64,000 bases of DNA, taken from positions 32,001-96,000 of the forward strand of contig CAVSNY010000006.1 in NCBI GenBank assembly GCA_963729605.1, written 5' to 3'. Below the pieces are notes generated by a model. The model was not told the DNA's origin. It was given only the letters and a program-made list of their open reading frames with translations, and did not search any database. Positions 57,986 through 64,000 of the stretch are shown here, in pieces; the stretch's first letter is position 1, and every line of letters starts with the position of its first letter. Made by a program: the position numbers and the translations under genes. The DNA comes from an uncultured Gammaproteobacteria bacterium (GTDB lineage Bacteria > Pseudomonadota > Gammaproteobacteria > DRLM01).

Positions 57986-58025
57986 TCCCCTCTCCCCTAC
58001 CCCTCTCCCGCTAGGGGAGAGGGGA
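57986..58025. repeat. REP-like palindrome in the nirB-nirD spacer
   Basis: TCCCCTCTCCCCTA-N12-TAGGGGAGAGGGGA, perfect 14-bp arms, with an internal CCCTCTCCC. Confidence 0.65.
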
Positions 58026-58117
58026 TGCATTTAAGTGACTGTGGAGTTTTTTCCCCTCGGCACTTGGGAGATGGACGTTGCTTTCAAAATCCAATCCGAC
58101 ATCGTGTCGGCGCTTGC

Positions 58118-60559
58118 CTATTGCGCCACCTGCTTGAGCGGTACGAACTCGTGACGATCGACGCCATGCTCCGCGCGCTCGGCCCAGGGATCCACCTGCG
58201 CCAATTTCTGCGAGTCGAGGAAGCGCCGGTACAATTCCTTGCGGCCCGCCGCGTCTTCCACCACGCGTTGTTTCACATACGACAATCCCACCCGTTCGAT
58301 CCACGGCGCGGTGCGTTCGAGATACTGCGCTTCTTCGCGGTAGACCTGCATGAAGGCGCCGCAGTATTCCATCACTTCTTCTTCGGTCTGCACTTTGCAC
58401 AGCAGATCGGTGACGCGCACCTTGATGCCGCCGTTGCCGCCGACGTGCAGCTCGTAACCGGAATCGACGCACACCACGCCGTAATCCTTGATGGTCGCCT
58501 CGGCGCAATTGCGCGGACAGCCCGACACGGCGATCTTGAATTTGTGCGGCGTCCACGAGCCCCAGGTCATCTTTTCGATCTTGATGCCGAGACCGGTGGA
58601 GTCCTGGGTGCCGAAGCGGCACCACTCCGAACCCACGCAGGTCTTCACGGTGCGCAGTGATTTGCCGTAGGCGTGACCCGACACGAAGCCGGCTTGATTG
58701 AGATCGCCCCACATCCGCGGCAGGTCTTCTTTTTTCACGCCCAATAAATCGATGCGCTGACCGCCGGTGATCTTCACCGTCGGCACTTGGTATTTGTCCG
58801 CCACCTCGGCGATGGCGCGCAGTTCCGCCGGTGTGGTCACCCCGCCCCAGATGCGCGGTACCACCGAATAGGTGCCGTCCTTTTGGATGTTGGCGTGGGC
58901 GCGCTCGTTGATGAAACGCGATTGATAGTCGTCCTGCACTTCGTTCGGCCAGGCCGCGATCAAATAGTAATTGAGCGCGGGGCGGCATTTGGCGCAGCCG
59001 TCCGCTGAACGCCATTCGCAGAAATCCATCACCGCGCGGATGCTGGTGAGGTGTTGCTCGCCGATCGCTTTGCGCACTTTTTCGTGGGTGTGATCGGTAC
59101 AACCACACATGGGTTTTTCTTTCGGCGAGGCCGAATAATCACCCACTGTGTTGGCGAGCAATTGTTCGACCAGGCCGGTGCAGGAACCGCAGGATGCCGA
59201 GGCCTTGGTGTGAGCGCGCACGTCGTCGAGAGTGAACAAGCCTTTCTCGGTGATGGCCTTGACGATGGCGCCTTTGCACACGCCATTGCAGCCGCAGATC
59301 TCGGCGCTGTCCGCCATCATCGCCACGGCGCTTTGGCCGCCGTGGCCGGAGTCGCCGAGATGGGCCTGGCCGAACAGCAGACCGGCGCGGATGTCCGAAA
59401 CGTCGGCGCCGTCGCGCATCAACTGGAAATACCAGGCGCCGTCCACGGTGTCGCCGTAGAGCACCGCGCCCTCGATCTTGTTGTCCTTGAGCACTAACTT
59501 TTTATAGACGCCGTGGCCGGGGTCTTTATAGACGATGTCCTCGCAGCCTTCGCCACCCACGTAATTGCCGGCGGAGAACAAGTCGATGCCGGTCACCTTG
59601 AGTTTGGTCGAGGTCACCGACCCCCGGTAACGGGAGTAACCGAAACCGGCGAGGTGGTTGGCGCAGACCTTGGCCTGCTCGAACAACGGCGCCACCAAAC
59701 CATACGAGGTGCCGCGATGCTGCACGCACTCGCCCACCGCGTAGACCCGCGGATCGTAGGTCTGCATGGTGTCGTTGACGATCACCCCGCGTTCGCAATG
59801 CAGGCCGATCTTTTTCGCCAGTTCGGCGTTGGGGCGGATACCCACCGCCATCACCACCAGATCGGCCTCGACCTCGCTGCCGTCTTTAAACCGCACGCCG
59901 CGCACGCGGTCGTCGCCGATGATCGCGGCGGTCTGCGCGCCCATCAAAAATTTAAGGCCGCGTTGTTCCAGCGACGATTTGAGCAGCATGGCAGCGGGTT
60001 GGTCCAATTGTCTTTCCATCAAGGTATCGAGCAGGTGCACCACGCTGACTTCCATGCCCTGCTTAAGCAGGCCGTTGGCGGCTTCGAGGCCCAGCAAACC
60101 GCCGCCGATCACCACCGCGCGGCGCTGCTGTCGGCTGGCCGCCAACATGGCATTCACGTCGTGAATATCGCGGAAGCTGACCACGCCCGGCAACTCGTGC
60201 CCCGGCACGGGGATGATGAAGGGATTGGAACCGGTGGCGAGCAGCAGGCGGTCATAAGGCGCCACCGTGCCATCTTCGGCGATGACCTGGCGCCGTGCGC
60301 GATTCACCTCCACCACCTTCTTGCCTTTATGTAAGGTGATTTGATTATCGCGATACCATTGCTCGTCGTTGAGCATGATGTCGTTGATGGTCTTCTCGCC
60401 GGCCAGCACCGGCGACAATAAAATGCGGTTGTAATTGCCGTACGGCTCGGCGCCGAACACAGTAATCTCATAACGCTCGGGGGCCAGCGCCAGCAGCTCT
60501 TCCAAGGTCCGCACGCCCGCCATGCCGTTACCGATCAATACCAACTTCTCTTTCGACAT
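58118..60559 (-). CDS. nirB: NAD(P)H nitrite reductase large subunit
   Basis: IGNGMAG, GGGLLGLEAA, two BFD-like Cys clusters, KTCVG..WC and SGCPRNC siroheme ligands; start at MSKEK. Confidence 0.96.
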   Translation of the reverse strand: MSKEKLVLIGNGMAGVRTLEELLALAPERYEITVFGAEPYGNYNRILLSPVLAGEKTINDIMLNDEQWYRDNQITLHKGKKVVEVNRARRQVIAEDGTVAPYDRLLLATGSNPFIIPVPGHELPGVVSFRDIHDVNAMLAASRQQRRAVVIGGGLLGLEAANGLLKQGMEVSVVHLLDTLMERQLDQPAAMLLKSSLEQRGLKFLMGAQTAAIIGDDRVRGVRFKDGSEVEADLVVMAVGIRPNAELAKKIGLHCERGVIVNDTMQTYDPRVYAVGECVQHRGTSYGLVAPLFEQAKVCANHLAGFGYSRYRGSVTSTKLKVTGIDLFSAGNYVGGEGCEDIVYKDPGHGVYKKLVLKDNKIEGAVLYGDTVDGAWYFQLMRDGADVSDIRAGLLFGQAHLGDSGHGGQSAVAMMADSAEICGCNGVCKGAIVKAITEKGLFTLDDVRAHTKASASCGSCTGLVEQLLANTVGDYSASPKEKPMCGCTDHTHEKVRKAIGEQHLTSIRAVMDFCEWRSADGCAKCRPALNYYLIAAWPNEVQDDYQSRFINERAHANIQKDGTYSVVPRIWGGVTTPAELRAIAEVADKYQVPTVKITGGQRIDLLGVKKEDLPRMWGDLNQAGFVSGHAYGKSLRTVKTCVGSEWCRFGTQDSTGLGIKIEKMTWGSWTPHKFKIAVSGCPRNCAEATIKDYGVVCVDSGYELHVGGNGGIKVRVTDLLCKVQTEEEVMEYCGAFMQVYREEAQYLERTAPWIERVGLSYVKQRVVEDAAGRKELYRRFLDSQKLAQVDPWAERAEHGVDRHEFVPLKQVAQ

Positions 60560-60601
60560 CTGTTCCCCGCTCACAAAAATACCGGCATCTGCCCTTAAGG
60601 G

Positions 60602-60617
60602 AGCAACATGCATGCCA
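60602..60617 (-). promoter_or_regulatory. Sigma54 -24/-12 promoter of nirB-nirD-nasA
   Basis: Minus strand TGGCAT-GCATG-TTGCT. Confidence 0.75.
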
Positions 60618-60702
60618 GCAATTGGGGCAAGGCCCGCAAGCCGGCTAAGGCGTTGATGGCTATTAACGAGGCCGGCTAAATAAGCGCTGTGCTCGCCCGG
60701 CA

Positions 60703-60773
60703 TGCACCAACATCGCATCGGCGTATGCACCAAATGGCTACCCGAGGGGTGAGCCGAGCCCACATTTAGTGCG
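60703..60773. promoter_or_regulatory. NtrC-like enhancer sites
   Basis: TGCACCAA at 60703 and 60726; AGCCCACATTTAGTGCG at 60757 resembles TGCAC-N7-GTGCA. Confidence 0.5.
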
Positions 60774-60867
60774 CCCGGTTTACAAGCCGTTAACGCCTGG
60801 ACGCCGCGCCGCGCACTGTGGCATGGTGATACGCGCACCGCGTTATAAATTTTTAAGACCAAAGAAC

Positions 60868-61584
60868 ATGAAACCGATTTATATCTTCCGGCACCTCGTC
60901 TGCGAAGGCCCCGGTTATTTCGCTGAGTTTCTCGAACGGCAACAGATGCCTTACCGGATCGTCGCCATCGATCAGAGCGAAGCCGTCCCAACCAATCTCG
61001 ACGCGATGAGCGGGCTGGTGTTCATGGGCGGCTCCATGAGCGTGAACGATCCCTTGCCGTGGATCGCCGCGGAGCTCAAGTTGATTCAACAAGCCCATGA
61101 AAACGGCATGCCGGTGCTGGGCCATTGTCTCGGCGGACAATTGATCGCCAAGGCCCTCGGTGCCCAGGTACGCGCCAATGCCGTAGCGGAGATCGGCTGG
61201 CACCCCGTGGAAAAAACCGCCGCGGATTCGGCATGGCTTACGAGTCTGCCGCCTCGCTTCGAGGTGTTTCATTGGCACGGCGAGACCTTCGATATCCCCG
61301 CCGGCGCCACCCGTTTATTGCGCAGCGCCTGGTGCGAGAATCAGGCCTTCACCCTCGACTCGCTGCTGGCCTTCCAGTGCCATGTGGAAATGACCGCGCC
61401 CATGGTGCGCGAGTGGGCGGACCTCGGTCGTGAAAGCTTGGCGAAACCTAGCGCCAGCGTGCAGAGCTACGAGGCGATCGTCGCCGCGGCGGAGGAACGC
61501 GCGAGAAACTTGCAGACCATCGCCGAGGCGTTTTATCTACCCTGGCTGGCCCGGGTGCGGGCGCGGGCGGCGGGCCGGGTTTGA
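60868..61584 (+). CDS. Type 1 glutamine amidotransferase-like protein
   Basis: EGPG, MGGSMSVND, LGHCLGGQL, WHGETF, QCHVE catalytic triad. Confidence 0.9.
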   Translation: MKPIYIFRHLVCEGPGYFAEFLERQQMPYRIVAIDQSEAVPTNLDAMSGLVFMGGSMSVNDPLPWIAAELKLIQQAHENGMPVLGHCLGGQLIAKALGAQVRANAVAEIGWHPVEKTAADSAWLTSLPPRFEVFHWHGETFDIPAGATRLLRSAWCENQAFTLDSLLAFQCHVEMTAPMVREWADLGRESLAKPSASVQSYEAIVAAAEERARNLQTIAEAFYLPWLARVRARAAGRV

Positions 61585-61624
61585 TTTGCCGATCTATCCG
61601 CGCGCGGCCGACAGCTCGCGCAAC

Positions 61625-62206
61625 TCACCCGGCCGCGGCCAAGTCCTGCGGGGTATTGATGTTGACGAAGGCGCGGGGTTCATCGCTGAAATCCACCGGC
61701 ACATGGCGGCATTGCTGTAACCAACCCATCGCCGATCCGTCACTGTTCGCAAGATAAGCGCTCAAGTCGGCTTCAAGGTCACGATTCAATAAGACGCAGA
61801 GGGGTTGCATCCGTCCCGCGCCGAAAGCCACCGCGGCGTCGGCCGGTTCCGCCTCCAAAGCGGCGGCGAGACGTCCCACCAAGTGGCCGGATAGAAACGG
61901 CGTATCACAGGGCGCCACCATCAAATAAGGGGTCTTCACCTGCGCGAGGCCGCTGGCGATGCCGGCCAGCGGCCCGCAATAATCAGCATGGTGATCGACT
62001 ACTACAGGCCGGCCCCAGCTCCGATAGCGGGGCAGATGGCGGTTGGCGCTGATCAGCAACGTCCCCACTTGCGGCGCCAGCGCCTCGATGACATGGGCGA
62101 TCAGCGGCCGGCCTTGGAACATCAGCAAACCCTTGTCCGCGCCGTTCATGCGCCGGCCGCGGCCGCCGGCGAGGATGAGGCCGGTAATGTCATCGCGGGG
62201 GATCAT
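61625..62206 (-). CDS. mobA: Molybdenum cofactor guanylyltransferase
   Basis: ILAGGRGRRM..DKGL, GPLAG, PCDTP, NINTP. Confidence 0.95.
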   Translation of the reverse strand: MIPRDDITGLILAGGRGRRMNGADKGLLMFQGRPLIAHVIEALAPQVGTLLISANRHLPRYRSWGRPVVVDHHADYCGPLAGIASGLAQVKTPYLMVAPCDTPFLSGHLVGRLAAALEAEPADAAVAFGAGRMQPLCVLLNRDLEADLSAYLANSDGSAMGWLQQCRHVPVDFSDEPRAFVNINTPQDLAAAG

Positions 62207-62233
62207 GCGGGCTCAAGTACAGGGGCTACTCAT

Positions 62234-62764
62234 TCACTCGCGGCGCAGGCGAGGCAACAATTGCACGAAGTTGCAGGGCTTGTGGCGGCTGTCGAATTGA
62301 TCTTTGAGGATGGCGTCCCACGCCACCTGGCAAGCGTGGGTGGAACCCGGCACGCAGAAAATGAAAGTGGCGTTGGCGATACCCGCCATCACCCGGGATT
62401 GCACGGTGGAGGAACCGATCTCTCGATGGGAAACGGCACGGAATACTTCGCCGAAGCCGTCGATGATTTTATCCAGTAAAGGAGCGATGGCCTCCGGGGT
62501 GCGATCGCGGTCGGTCAAGCCGGTGCCGCCGGTGACGATCACCGCCTGCACCGCCGCGTCGGCGATCCAACGCGAGACCAGGGCGCGAATCTGATAAACA
62601 TTGTCCGGCAGTATCACCTTCTCCACCAGCCGATGCCCCGCGGCGCCGAGCCGTTCGGCCAGCAAACGCCCGGAGGTATCGGTGTCCTCGGTACGGGTGT
62701 CCGAGACGGTAAGCACCGCAATATTGATAGGAATGAATTCAAGCGTTTCGCTGGCACCCGCCAT
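62234..62764 (-). CDS. moaB: Molybdenum cofactor biosynthesis protein B
   Basis: IAVLTVSD, DTSG, TGGTG..DRTPE, GFGE, PGS, PCNF. Confidence 0.93.
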   Translation of the reverse strand: MAGASETLEFIPINIAVLTVSDTRTEDTDTSGRLLAERLGAAGHRLVEKVILPDNVYQIRALVSRWIADAAVQAVIVTGGTGLTDRDRTPEAIAPLLDKIIDGFGEVFRAVSHREIGSSTVQSRVMAGIANATFIFCVPGSTHACQVAWDAILKDQFDSRHKPCNFVQLLPRLRRE

Positions 62765-63215
62765 GACTGACCACCTCATTGCACTGTAAAAATAATTTTC
62801 TCAAACATCCGTATTTCGCGGCGGATCATTGTAGGGCGTCCCGTGCCGCGCGGCTATGGGTAGGCGGGCGGATAAAGGTCGACGGCGCGTCTCGATCACA
62901 CTGAAAGCGGACACACGGGCTATGCGTTCTTAAACATCAGCGATAAATACATCGCGGGATGACATATATGTCCTCTTCGGGTAGGGCACGCAATGTGCCG
63001 AGAGCGGATATATGAACGCTGCCGCGATATCGTCCATCTAAGCCGGCGATCCCCGTAATCTCCGGCCATTCAGACTCGCCGACGTAATCGAAACTTTAAC
63101 CAAGAGTGCCGTCTATGCCTAAAGCAATTTCCTGTGTTACCGATATTGATTTAGTAATACTTGAGTGCTATCTTAAAAATTACTGTGTCACGACTTATCC
63201 GGGAAGGAGCATCTT

Positions 63216-63494
63216 ATGGCATGTGATACCACCCCAAACTATCGTGGCCCGCGAATTAAAGCCGCCTTTGAACGCATGGTCCAAGATTTATTGAGAGCGA
63301 GAGAAGCAAATTGTCATGCCCCGACAAAATGGACAGATTCCCCATTAAACCGGGAAGAGCGTAGACCAGGGAAGGTCGTCCCTTTTGCGTCAGGGCGTTG
63401 GGAATCCGGGCAAAAATCAATCATGAAAACGCCTGCCGGTGCGCCGGCAACGCTGCATTCCAACCGGCCACACCCTACACGGGGCACGCGGTAG
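63216..63494 (+). CDS. Possible small hypothetical protein
   Basis: AAGGAG RBS before ATG; 92 aa, no recognisable motif. Confidence 0.3.
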   Translation: MACDTTPNYRGPRIKAAFERMVQDLLRAREANCHAPTKWTDSPLNREERRPGKVVPFASGRWESGQKSIMKTPAGAPATLHSNRPHPTRGTR

Positions 63495-63778
63495 TCTTCT
63501 TGTAAAAGTGCAATATTAAAAATTCAAAGCATCTTAAATCTATGACGCGAGGCCAAGGCCTTAAATTATCCGCGATTATAAGAATTCATCCTGACTTGGC
63601 CCATCTCCATAACAGGTTTCAATGCCTTTTAGTTGGCGAGGGTGCCCCGCCGAACGAATAACACGATAATTTACCAAATAGCACCCGGAATGGTAGAGTG
63701 AACGCCCCTGCGGAGGCTATTCAAAAAATACATACGGTTTCAGCAGGCTATTATCCAACACACTACTAGGGAGGCGCC

Positions 63779-64000
63779 ATGGCTCGCAAAAAAACGTATC
63801 TTGTCGTTAAACAACTCATCGGCGGAATATCGGCGTTAGGATTAGCCCTGCAATCTGGGTTAGTCGGCGCTCAAGAGGGGGAAACGGATCAATCCGTCGG
63901 GCATACAGCGAAGGTTCTGCAACTTTCGGGCGAAAACCCCATCACCTTCGGCGCCGGTTTGACCATGGTAGGCCAGGGCATGCGCGGCGACACCGACGAT
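63779..64000 (+). CDS. Exported protein, possibly a porin; runs off the window end
   Basis: GGGAGG RBS, signal-like MARKKTYLVV..LVGA, beta-strand-like ITFGAGLTMVGQ. Confidence 0.55.
   Translation, partial: MARKKTYLVVKQLIGGISALGLALQSGLVGAQEGETDQSVGHTAKVLQLSGENPITFGAGLTMVGQGMRGDTDD

Noticed and set aside
60560-60991. Long N-terminal extension of NirB in the ORF track
   Set aside because: The region contains the sigma54 promoter and the start of the divergent glutamine amidotransferase gene; homology begins at MSKEKLV.
1-64000. CRISPR arrays, tRNA/rRNA, transposases, defence systems
   Set aside because: No spaced direct repeats, RNA gene signatures or matching protein motifs seen by eye; a covariance-model scan would be needed to fully exclude small RNAs.

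Overview
GC-rich window from a gammaproteobacterium (inferred from the conserved ffh-rpsP-rimM-trmD-rplS, xerD-dsbC and ypjD-yfjD gene orders). From left to right it holds: (1) housekeeping genes; (2) a complete wspABCDEFR-type chemosensory/c-di-GMP operon whose chemoreceptor has a periplasmic CxxCH heme-c motif and whose kinase has two Hpt domains; (3) a locus at about 21.9-32.9 kb that I do not recognise as a described system, with a REC-REC-PAS-GGDEF-EAL protein, a ThDP enzyme carrying an Arg-rich DRR insert, two citrate-synthase-fold proteins lacking the canonical catalytic residues, a TonB-dependent receptor, and a convergent periplasmic binding protein plus sensor kinase. This looks like a make-sense-respond small-molecule signalling module and is the best novelty candidate; (4) nfeD/slipin, a VKOR-DsbA fusion, moeA and a frameshifted di-heme cytochrome; (5) a putative copper-handling cluster around a divergent promoter with two mirror-image RegA-like boxes; (6) further sensor kinases, mtgA, a Kelch protein and a PAS-GGDEF-EAL protein; (7) a sigma54/NtrC-type nirB-nirD-nasA nitrate assimilation operon with mobA and moaB. 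Three sigma28-like promoters and a probable 59-aa gene were read directly from the DNA. No rRNA, tRNA, CRISPR array, transposase or prophage gene was seen. All family calls come from motif recognition, not database searches.
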